Below the pieces are notes generated by a model. That model ran no database searches. It was given only the letters and a program-made list of their open reading frames with translations, and was not told the origin of the DNA. 64,000 nt of DNA from Tubiluchus corallicola (lineage: Eukaryota > Animalia > Priapulida), in assembly GCA_030141605.1 (NCBI GenBank), contig JAQGDQ010000134.1:124001-188000 (forward strand), in the 5' to 3' direction. Of the stretch, positions 9,701 through 20,000 are shown in pieces. The number at the start of each line of letters is the position of its first letter. The stretch's first letter is position 1. A program made the position numbers and the translations under genes.

Positions 9701-12491
9701 TGTAATTTTACAAATAACATTTTGAGTAGGACTTGGTGGAAGTGAGAATCATTTAAATGAAAACTTAGCTCTGCATGAAATTGTGAAAATGAGTTTTCTC
9801 TACCTTTTTATCTAATTTTAGGCAAACTGGAAGACAGGGTAATCATCCACTGGAATTGAGTCCCCTGAACAGCAAACTTAAAACAGCCATTCGGGCTCGG
9901 GAATTCTCTATGATGAACATCCGCTTTCTCCAAGAGCTGGGAGAAGGCGCGTTTGGAAAGGTCTATAAAGGGGAGCTGGTGGGATTGAATGGTGATGTCG
10001 CAGTTACTCAGGTCGCCATTAAAACACTGAAAGAGAATGCCTCCGCCAAGATCCAGCACGACTTCCGGCGTGAGGTGGATCTAATGACAGATCTCCGTCA
10101 TCCAAATATCGTGTGTCTGCTTGGTGTCTGTATGAGAGAAGAGCCAATGTGCATGCTATTCGAGTTCATGGCACAGGTACAAATCAGTCTTATCTTAGAA
10201 ATGTCTAACGCCCGCTCTAAGAGCCAGTTTTTAAAGGAAAGGACAAATCACTTAGCATGTTAGGTTTATTTTACTGTTGACACTTAAACTCAGAAAAATA
10301 TTGCAGAGAAATTTCCAAAAAACTGCCTATAAAGCATAAAGTTAAATATTCTAGCACTATATAGAAATTTTTGGGTACGGTGGTTGTGCCAATCGCTTGA
10401 AAATTATGATGTAACTGGTGGACTTTATGACTTTGCGTAAGCGCATCGTGGCTTTCCGTAAACATGCATTGCTTAAACTAATTCAAACTTCTGCAGGTTG
10501 CACAAATTAGGTTTCTAATTTTTTGTAAAAACTTATACTTTTGATGCAAGTTGACAGTGCGCTTTTCTTCAACCGATGAACGACGTCATGGGTGAAAGAA
10601 GTGGCGCTCAAAATGGAAGCACCCAAGCTAGAAATGATCACGACTCTAAAGTGATTTTACTAATTACATGATGCGCTTATGACACTTTTATAACTATATC
10701 CTTCTAATATTTTTCATGAACTAGGCAAAATAAGCCTAACTGCACAGAAGGCTTGATCTTTCATTCAAGTGCTGCTGCTTGAACTCAAAATGTGTATCAA
10801 TTTGCCATATCTTTGAAAATTGATACGTTGGCTGAGTCATGCTATCATATCAGTAGTTGCGTTTTTTAAGTTTATTATTACACTGTGCTTACCAAGCATT
10901 GGTTCCAACCTTGAAGTTGTTAAATGCAAATTTCAAGAAATGGCTTTCAGACTTCTCATTTACATTGTGATTTCCCAATTATAGTGTTTGCCCACCACAC
11001 ACATAAATCAGAAATTTCAGGAAGCCTCACAAGTAGCTTGTTACCTAGATTTTGACAACTACAAGGTGTCCGTTAGTAGTGGAGTGATTTATTAGCTTAC
11101 ATCGATTTCCTCTACATAGATAGATAGAAATTTATTTTTTTACATGGATACATTAAAGTGATGTATAAATAACGTTTCCACGATGGTCCATGCACGTAGT
11201 GAAGTTAAAAGGAGACAGTTTTAAATAAGTAAATTACACACTAAACTTACAAGCTACAATAGTGTAATTATGTTAGAGTAATGAGAACAAATTACATTTA
11301 AAATTAACAGTTACTTATAATAATGATTGTGTTGTGACATATGAGACAAAGTTTCGCATTATAAAGGTTTAAATATACATTTTGACTGATGAAACTGACC
11401 GTTAAATAAAATAATTTATAAGTAATAAATAATTGGCAAAAGTGGTCTTGAGATCGACCTTGAGTGGCACGTCTCGTTTTGAACTTTGCTGTGCAATGTT
11501 ATAAGTTTGCCAATTTTTTTAACAACATCAACACTATAATTAAACATTTTTTGTTTGACAGGGAGACTTGCATGAGTTCCTAGTGATGCGATCGCCCAAC
11601 TCCGACGTGTCTGTTAGTAGCGGAGAGGATAATCAACATTTGCTAGATCACACAGACTTCCTCTATATAGCGACACAGATTGCCGCTGGCATGGAGTATC
11701 TATCTGGCCGCAACTTTGTCCACCGAGACTTGGCAGCTCGTAATTGCCTTGTCGGGGATCAGCTGTCGATCAAAATATCAGACTTTGGTCTCTCGCGGGA
11801 CATGTATTCTACAGATTACTACCGCGTCCAGTCAAAATCGCTGTTGCCAGTTCGTTGGATGCCACCGGAAGCCATCGTGTATGGCAAGTTTTCGGTAGAG
11901 AGCGATGTCTGGTCATTTGGCGTGGTGCTCTGGGAGATATTCAGTTACGGACTGCAGCCATACTATGGCTACTCCAATCAAGAGGTGATAGAGATGGTGC
12001 GCAATCGTCAGATATTGCCATGTCCGGATGAGTGTCCGGCCTGCATGTATGCGTTGATGGTAGAGTGCTGGCACGAGATTCCATCTCGTCGACCGTCCTT
12101 TAAGGAGATCCACATTAAGCTGCGGACGTGGGACGGAGCAAATAATCTTGGAGCTGGTAGCGGGCACTCTAGTAGTACGCAGCAGAGTAGCAATGGGCCA
12201 AGCAATCACACAGGTTCTACGAATGTCAGTGCTTCCAGTCCACCACATCATCTAATGACAAACGGCCCGTCCATGATGGGCGCTCAGGCTAATCTTATGC
12301 ATGCCCCCACAGGCGGCATGATGAATCAGCAATATAGGCCTCAAATGCCCCAGCGACCCTATCAGGGGCAGAACTCTCTAATGAGACCATCATTTCCGGG
12401 CGGCGGCTGTGGTTCATTAATGGTGCGACCACCGCAGGTCTCGCCACCAGGCCCGATGTACATTCCCGATGCAAGAACTTCCAACCTGTGA
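2777..12491 (+). CDS. Ror: Ror-family receptor tyrosine kinase (complete, 8 coding exons, 742 aa)
   Basis: Exons 2777-2862, 5282-5377, 6143-6392, 6862-6985, 8007-8258, 9186-9321, 9822-10176 and 11562-12491 are all GT-AG with matching phases (2,2,0,1,1,2,0) and total 2229 nt. They encode a signal peptide, a 10-Cys Frizzled-like CRD, a kringle (NYCRNP), a TM helix and a kinase with [21 protein letters not shown] and the Ror-diagnostic [22 protein letters not shown] and YALM. Confidence 0.95.
3693..3781. repeat. (TTA)n microsatellite
   Basis: Long, nearly perfect TAT/TTA run in Ror intron 1. Confidence 0.97.
5282..5377 (+). CDS. Ror: Ror exon 2: start of CRD ([15 protein letters not shown])
   Basis: Acceptor tttacttacag, donor gtaagt; matches the Ror CRD N-terminal CxxYRGxxC motif. 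Missed by the ORF track. Confidence 0.9.
6039..6110. repeat. 23-bp tandem repeat x3 (tatactagttgtgatgatgatat)
   Basis: Three near-identical units ending about 30 nt before the Ror exon 3 acceptor. Confidence 0.93.
6143..6392 (+). CDS. Ror: Ror exon 3: CRD core
   Basis: Encodes [18 protein letters not shown]...[18 protein letters not shown]; acceptor ttctctag; weak donor AAG|gttgca. Confidence 0.92.
6862..6985 (+). CDS. Ror: Ror exon 4: CRD C-terminus
   Basis: Encodes [18 protein letters not shown]...CIRIG; bounded by ttacag and gtaagt. Confidence 0.92.
8007..8258 (+). CDS. Ror: Ror exon 5: kringle domain
   Basis: Encodes CY...[17 protein letters not shown]...HNYCRNPG...PWCFT...ELCDIPQC; a phase 1-1 module exon. 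Confidence 0.95.
8350..8597. repeat. ~124-bp direct tandem duplication x2
   Basis: 8350-8472 and 8473-8597 differ only at two T-runs. Confidence 0.95.
9186..9321 (+). CDS. Ror: Ror exon 6: transmembrane segment
   Basis: [25 protein letters not shown] followed by an RRR stop-transfer sequence. Confidence 0.92.
9822..10176 (+). CDS. Ror: Ror exon 7: juxtamembrane region and kinase N-lobe
   Basis: Contains [20 protein letters not shown] and HPNIVCLLG; donor CAG|gtacaa. Confidence 0.96.
10231..10768 (+). mobile_element. Kolobok-like TTAA MITE, copy 1
   Basis: Starts TTAAAGGAAAGGACAA; internally homologous to copies at 33854, 53573 and 60379 (e.g. attatgatgtaactggtggac, ggctttccgtaa, gtgattttactaattacatg). 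Confidence 0.8.
11562..12491 (+). CDS. Ror: Ror exon 8: kinase C-lobe and Ser/Thr- and Pro-rich tail
   Basis: Encodes [18 protein letters not shown] and YSTDYY; ends ...DARTSNL TGA. Confidence 0.97.
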   Translation, partial: GDLHEFLVMRSPNSDVSVSSGEDNQHLLDHTDFLYIATQIAAGMEYLSGRNFVHRDLAARNCLVGDQLSIKISDFGLSRDMYSTDYYRVQSKSLLPVRWMPPEAIVYGKFSVESDVWSFGVVLWEIFSYGLQPYYGYSNQEVIEMVRNRQILPCPDECPACMYALMVECWHEIPSRRPSFKEIHIKLRTWDGANNLGAGSGHSSSTQQSSNGPSNHTGSTNVSASSPPHHLMTNGPSMMGAQANLMHAPTGGMMNQQYRPQMPQRPYQGQNSLMRPSFPGGGCGSLMVRPPQVSPPGPMYIPDARTSNL

Positions 12492-14354
12492 GCATTGTGT
12501 TTATCTAAGTTTATAATGTGAACTTTTAAAAACAAACATTTGCAATTGTGCAAATAAATCGAACGTTGCAATAGTGATTGCCTCTTTTGACCACTGTACA
12601 TGTAATGAGGTAAAATTGCTTGTACCGGAACTGTGAAAACTATGCAATTTATAATGCAACTTGCAATTACTGACTGCGCTGAGTGGCATACAATACGTTG
12701 TGCAAGCGTTCATGCTTTATAGTTACAGAAGCCCTAATTCAACGAGGTATTTATAGTTTTTATTCACGACTCATGAGGAGGCGCCTTGTGTTTTTCTACG
12801 CAATGACTTGTGTCGATTATAGTCATTGTTATGTACCACACCAGTAATTCTGGAAGTTGTTTTGTGGTATAATTCTGCTAACCTGTATTTGATATTGTGT
12901 GAACGCCATAGTTTTAAGGTTGCCTAAACTCCCCCATGACTGGTTACCACATTTTTTGTGTTTCAAGTTTAGTTTCACGTTCAAAAATATTCAGCTTCAT
13001 CTAGTTAATCAGCTAAGACTTCATTATTGAAGATCGTGAATTTTCATGCGGAAAGATTCAACAGATTACAATAGATACATGTGCAATGTATATGGTTTGC
13101 TTTATTATGCTCTACTCGAGTCATACGATATGACTTTGGTACACTCATGTAGAAACAAGAAGTTTAATAGCAAGTAACGTCAAGGACTAATGCAAAAATT
13201 GCCATGCTCCTTTTGTATGTTTTGTAAATTAATAATATTGAAGTTGGTAGCGTTTAAATATTTGTATTTATTGCTTGTGCCGCTTGCTTTGATATTTTTC
13301 TATTTTTGTACATTATGTTTTGTTATAGAACTATTTTGACATACACAAACGTGTTTGTAATTTGTTAACTATCGTGTCCCACATCAGAGCTTATTAGTTG
13401 ACCTCGTTTAGGAAACGAGACATTTGTTAATATTGGTGTCGTTCGTTTTATTATTGAGATACTAAGCACTGTGCATGGTCACTTATTGCTGGCAACGTGC
13501 CAGGGCTACACAGTACACATTGACGTTAGCAACATTGTGTGTTTAAATGGAATGTATTGTTTCCACAACGATCTGTCAGTCTGTACATTATGATTACATA
13601 CAGCAACTTTTTTGTCTCCACTTGCAAGCGCAATACTCTTTTCTCGAAAAACGACATTCTAAGTAGATTTGGTTAAAATGTACTTGTCACATGTCTCATC
13701 TTTTTTTGGTATTTTGGATATAGAATTAGCCTAATTTGTATACGTGCCGTTTGGCATTCCTAAATCTTGGCTTCTGAATGTGCAGTTTCAGTTATCCATG
13801 GAAAATGTGAAACCATCCCATTTATGCTGATGATTTTGTACTCACATCAGTTACGCACCGTACCATGTACTTGAGACAGTGATTTTTAGACAATTTTTTG
13901 CAAGATGGCTGTTTATTATTTACACATTTTAAAATTGTCATACATCTGATATAGTTCAAGGTTTTCCATGCATCAGGTATAATGAAAATGAGGTAGCAGT
14001 TATAGCGTAGGAGTATAAAATAACGAGCAAGATGTACCTTGCACTTCAAGTAGTGTCCCTCAGTTACTATTATCCAAGTGTTTCCTAACTTTGCTGTTTT
14101 CTCATACACGCTTTCCAGTGAATAGGCTGTTCAAAGTAATGCCTACATAGGTCTAGTTATGTACATAGCTGCTGGTTTATCGAGTCAAATTCTTGTAAAT
14201 ATGCTGACTTTGTCATACTGTTGTACGTGTAGTACAAAATAAAAATAAAAGCTTCTTTGTCTGTATACTTCATTCTTGCCATAATTATGGAATTGCGAAA
14301 ACCTGTAGCAAATAGATCTTTGCGGAAAAAAATTCTGTCAGTTACGTAAAAATC

Positions 14355-14796
14355 CAGGATTGGTGCTAGGAAGTGTAGGGCGCAATTACAAAATTGTTAG
14401 TGGGGCCCTCTAGACCTCAAATGTTGCAGAGCAGTATTTCCAAGCTTTATGTTATAAAGTCTCATTAACAGCGCTATTTCTGTGTTGAGGGTTTGAATAT
14501 TGTCCACAATAAAATCCATTGATGATCTAACTAGTGCATATAGGGCTCGCCTTGCAAAATTTTTTTGAAACGGCAAATGGCGACAATCAACTGAAATTAC
14601 AAAACAAATGAACAATCGGCAAAAAAAACACTGAAACGCAGATATACGAGGACAGACTACCATCACAGTATCAAGAAACTTCGTGCACACTGGACACATT
14701 CATTCTTCACAGCGTCCCTCTCTGGAGTAAGGGGCGCCCTCTTAGCGTGGGGCGCAGTTGGAAGAAATCTGTCTAAATGGCTTAAAACCAGAGCTG
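14355..14796. mobile_element. hAT-type MITE between the Ror and SOD1 3' ends
   Basis: CAG...CTG ends with degenerate TIRs, GGGGCCC/GGGGCGC subterminal motifs and an 8-bp TSD taaaaatc / taaaaatg. Confidence 0.72.
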
Positions 14797-15577
14797 TAAA
14801 AATGCTATTCACACAATACATAGTCTGAATTAAGAAGATATTCTACTACAGTTCTAAAGAATTTTGGAAGAGCTTGGTAAGATGCAGAGCAGTAATTGAT
14901 CAAGAAACATGTACAATGGATTTTCAAAATTTATTGAACTAGGATCCTAACGAACTTGAAAGCACAATAGTACTTTCACAACACCGAGTTCAGAAAGTTT
15001 GTGACTACAGAATTTTCTGAATCTAATTACTCCATTGAAGTAACTGCTTCTAGCCTTCTATACTTTGACGTAACTTTAATTCAATAGTCAAATTCCGGGT
15101 AAACTTCCTACACTGGCAAATATACGGCAAGTTTAAACTAGGTACGTGGCACATATTCACTGAGTCACAAAACTAACATGAATTTATAACTATGTTTTTG
15201 TACACTGGCAGTACTCCAGGAAAATTTCCTGAAAAAATCTGTATTTACCTCCAATTATAGCACTATCAGAACATACTACATCTACGTTCTTAATATGTAC
15301 CACGTGCTTAATATGCTAAACTCATGAAATGTTTCCAAAACAAAAATGCGTATAATAATCAACGTTTTACATGCAATTAAACAAAAATTAACAGCTGTGC
15401 AATTATGAAATACATAGAAAATTAGCAGTTTCACAGGAACAGAATATGAAAGCACAATTGATGAGAATAGCCATTATGGTAAGCCCTACTACAAACAGGA
15501 GTTATCCTTACAGCACAGATAATCACAAACAAGAATTACCCTTACAATGCAAGTAAACAAAATGATATCCATAACTA

Positions 15578-16083
15578 CAGTAAACTATGTATAACTCGGG
15601 ACCGAAAAATTTGTTCGACTTATGCGAGGGTACGAGTTAGACGATGTTCGTAAAAAAACAAGACTGAGTCAATCAATGTTGAACAATACATTAGCAACAC
15701 TACAGCCTGTGAAAATAAGAAGTTGAGCCTTTAATCAAATAACAAACATTTTTTATGAATAATCAAAAATAAAATGAATGGTCCACCTCTATTGTAATAA
15801 AATTCGGCAATAATAATATTGTGATCTAGTCATTAAACCAAGTTCGTTAGCCATATTTTTCCTGAAACAGCAGTTAAATTCGTAATGTGGTGATAAACCT
15901 ATGCGCCTATTCGAGTAAGGCGGGGTAATTTAAGTTAGATTCTTATAAATTCGGCTTGAGTTATGCTATAATTCGAGTTATACATATTTCGAATTACACG
16001 ATGTTTAGTAAAGGGAAAAATGAAAGAGAAAACACAAGATCTGTTCCAGAAACACTAGAATTCGAGTTATACATAGTTTACTG
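15578..16083. mobile_element. Tc1/mariner (pogo/Tigger-like) MITE
   Basis: Perfect TIR (TA)cagtaaactatgtataactcg ... cgagttatacatagtttactg(TA) with TA TSD; internal ttcgagttat-like repeats. Confidence 0.93.
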
Positions 16084-16974
16084 TAGTTTTAACTCTATCC
16101 AATAATAATAGTTTCAATAAGCTGCAGAGTAATCTAAATTCTCTCATCACAAATTAAACAACACCGGGTTTTTTCTATTAGAAACAACAAAGGTTCCAAA
16201 TAGTTAGAGTCAGGCGGGATCAGCCTCATTGTTGACAATCCTCACAGCTCGCACTAACAGGTTTTTACAGCCTAGGCCTAAAATCAAGAAAACGCTGCAT
16301 GCAGAGGACTCGAATACGAAAAATGAAATGTGTCATAATGATACACAAAATTAAAGCGAAGTGTATGAGTGTAATTCGAAAGCATATGAGCCATGCAGAA
16401 TACAATGTAGAAACACATTGAGCATTAGAGTACATAAGTATAAGATTTATGGGTATATGGGTATATAAGATTAGGGTTAAGCATATGTAACCAGAAAATC
16501 AAATATTAGACTCTGAAATTCGGGTCTAATCAAACTTCAAGATTTCAAATTCGAGAGACTTTTCAAATAAATTTTAAATTAGTAATTGCCTGATCTTGTC
16601 CTACAAGAACTCTATAATATTCTGCTAAAGACTGTGCACAGAGACTGCACCTTAAGTGTACGGAATGCATGATATCAGAGAACAAATGAATTGAATTGTT
16701 AATTTATATGAATTCATAATTTTAGGTTTGAATCAAATTCAAATAATTCTTATCGCTAATGGACACTGAAAAAGCACAACTGAATGTACAAACAGTTAAA
16801 GCCAAGCACACAAGTACAAAATCAAAATTAATTAAACTGTGAAAAAAGTAAACTTAGGAATCGAAAAAATGTTCGTTAAGTGCAAAGCTTGCTAACATCT
16901 AGCTAGTGACGCGACTAAGCAAGAAGCTACCCGTCTTACGAAAACAACAACATCAAATTGGCCAGTAATCACGT

Positions 16975-17082
16975 TTACTTTGTAATGCCGATGACACCAC
17001 AGGCCAGACGAGCTCCAGCATTTCCGGTTTTCAAGCTTTCTTCGTTCCCTCCACGGCCAAGATCATCCTTGTCAGCATGCAC
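16975..17082 (-). CDS. SOD1: SOD1 coding exon 5 (VHADKDDLG...[12 protein letters not shown])
   Basis: C-terminal SOD signature GNAGxRxACGVI; stop TAA at 16977-16975. Confidence 0.96.
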   Translation of the reverse strand: MHADKDDLGRGGNEESLKTGNAGARLACGVIGITK

Positions 17083-20000
17083 CTATCATAAATTTAAATT
17101 AATTAATTTTCTTAGATGCATAATGACCCAACAAACCCTCACTGGCAATAATGTGTTTAGCTTACAAAAAGCTCCCCTTCTTGTCATACCATAAAAGATA
17201 TTAGGAAGTGAATGCATATTTACAAAATATTAACAATGAAACAAAAGAAGATGTTTTCAATGCTTTACTTCGTTGGAATGCTTCTGCAACTTTCATTCTG
17301 AATTATACCATGTAAATAAATAAATAAACAACGCTTGTTGCAGTGAAATCTAGTGTGCATTTTTTTGTTTCTTGATCAATATGTCGACATTACGTCTTCT
17401 TCGAGAATATGTAGTAAAATTACAATATGCGCAATCTACATTCAAAAACTGATGACACCAAAGTCAGTCAAATTGCTTTCTTCTAAATGAGCTTACAATG
17501 ACCGTCGTCCTTGTAATTTGACATCGTCAATTTTTGAATTTAAGATTATGCATATTGTAATTTTGACTACATATTCTTGAAGAGGATGTAACGTTGATGT
17601 ATTGATCACACAAACCAAAAATACACTAGATTTCACTGCAATAAGTGTGGCTGTATTTAAACTCATATCTCGGTTTGCTGGACCTCACTTTTATAGATAT
17701 CAAAAAAATTGGACAAAATCCGCAATGTTAAAAAGTCCCGCATACTACGGACACAGTTGCTTTGTTTACACATTACATAAGTGTAACCAAGCAGCGTGTA
17801 ATGACTGTACTTAACGTGACTGCTTCTATGAATATTGTAGTGCGCAAAAGCGAAGTAAGACGAAATAAAAATAGTAAAAGATTCTAGATAACGGTGAGTC
17901 GAATGTGCGGTGCCTACTGTATTAGCTTAGTATCGGTAAATACGGACAATCGGCAAATTTGGATAGACGTTGATATTAGCTGCATTCATTTACTTAGTAT
18001 AAAGTAGTTTTCAGTTTTAAAAAGAGAAGCAGAGTCTAGGAACCAGGACCAGTTATTCTGATGGCAAATAAAACATGATAAGAAAGGACAGACCTGTGTC
18101 GGGACTAAATCAAAAAATAACTGTGGTCTAAGAAAGAAGAAAAACAACATTCAGCCCACACATTTCACAGTGGCTGCATGCAAAGCCAAGTCTGAACAGT
18201 AACCGTAGCTCTATTATAAAGCTATGTATATGATTAGGAAGGAGATGTGAACTCCAATTAAAGTTGTCAGATCCCAGCACAGCTCTTGTTGAATAAATTA
18301 ATCCAGTGGCATTTCAATCTTGGTCTTGAGTTCAAGAACTAATCTTGTTCAATAACGAGCTTGCATAAGTATTATATACATTATAATACCATAAAACAGA
18401 AAGCTTTTTGCAGTACACTGATGCTGATGATGCTGTTTTGACAAAGGACAATTTGGTTCAAGTTCTGAGTACAAAATCAATATAACCAATGGTTTTTTGA
18501 CAGGGCCAATGCTTTGATGATCAAAGACTGTGATAGTTAACTGGTGACTCAAATGTTATTTATCAGAATTCACTCGTAATGAACAACAACCAAAAACAAA
18601 CATACACCAAAACACCAAACATTAATAGACTCACCACCATCGTGCGGCCGATAATGCTGCACTCCCCAGTCAATGATATCATTTTATCAGTCACGTCAAT
18701 TTTTGCCACTCCGTCCGCAGTTGCAGTAACATTGCCCAAATCACCTACATGCCTGTAAGACAAATTTCCAAGCAGTTGCAAAACAGATATTAAAACAGGA
18801 TCATCAACAAAAATCATTCCCCCAAATTAACTCGTAATTCTTCATTCCAGTGGCTGGAAAAGGCGTTTGTAAAGGTGACCCACATTACGAGCAACGTGGT
18901 TTCTCCCCTTTCCATAAAAGCAACAAATTTCTCTCCAAGATCACACCAAAACACCACTGGAACATTTTTCTACACAATTCCCTTAGAAACGGCAAGTGAG
19001 AAACCACCCAAAATGTCAGTTTTCGCTCATCGCTCAAACATCATGCACAAAAATTCTAACTTGCAGGGAAATTATTAGCTCTTTTGACAGAGGAAAAACT
19101 GGCCTACACAATGATCGATGTGATTTCTTTTAGAAATATCTCTACCAAGAAGGACTACGAGTTACTTCATTTTTCCTGAACAACCCTGTAGAATGTACTG
19201 CCTAACATATGCCACAGTTGTTCTAAAACCTCGTATATGCTTTTATTGAAATATAAAAATTGGATTCCATATGAATTCTGCACAGAAGTATAAGCAAAAG
19301 ATACCATTGAAAAGTAATCTAATATGAACTTTCAACTCGTTAAACTTTTAAAAAACATGAAAAATGAAAAAATACATTATAATTCTCATAAAAATTTATT
19401 AGGGTTGCTATCATTATCTTCTCCGCCATTCAGCAATGACCACTACTGTGGTGTCATCTACAATTCTACATTCAGTATTCAGAATTATTACTTTACAAAA
19501 AAGCAGATACACTTTCATGCTCATATCATATCATTTTCATGCTCATATTGTATTACATACATCATCATAAATACTACATATATGCAAAAATTATTAATTT
19601 TAAACAACAATATGGTAGAAAGCATTTTATCCAGCAGCTTAGGAATTATGTACCTGTCTTTGTCATTTGGACCAGCGTGGGTCTTTCCAAAAGGATTGAA
19701 GTGAGGACCAGCACTGATACACCCTGCAAAAGTGATGAACTCTGTCAAGTTACTGTACAGTAATTGCTAGATAAATATGTGCTTACTAAATTGATAACAA
19801 TATTTATCATAAATTATTTTCATCTGGAAACAATGTGAAAAACAATGTGAATTATTTTAATTAATAAGCATACCATGTGAGCACTTAATCTATGTATGTT
19901 TAGCATGTTAAACTTACTCAACTGCAATTATTATAAATCATCCTATTACATAAATCATACTGCTCAGACTCAGCACTCTATTATGCCAAATGTTTTAGTT

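Noticed and set aside
9822-12491. Assignment of the kinase as MuSK/Nrk or Trk
   Set aside because: [31 protein letters not shown] and the CRD-kringle layout match Ror specifically.
11680-12601. Alternative-frame and antisense ORFs over the Ror kinase exon (also 6139-6399, 8042-8254, 9808-10059)
   Set aside because: Shadow ORFs expected from GC-richer coding sequence; no recognisable motifs.
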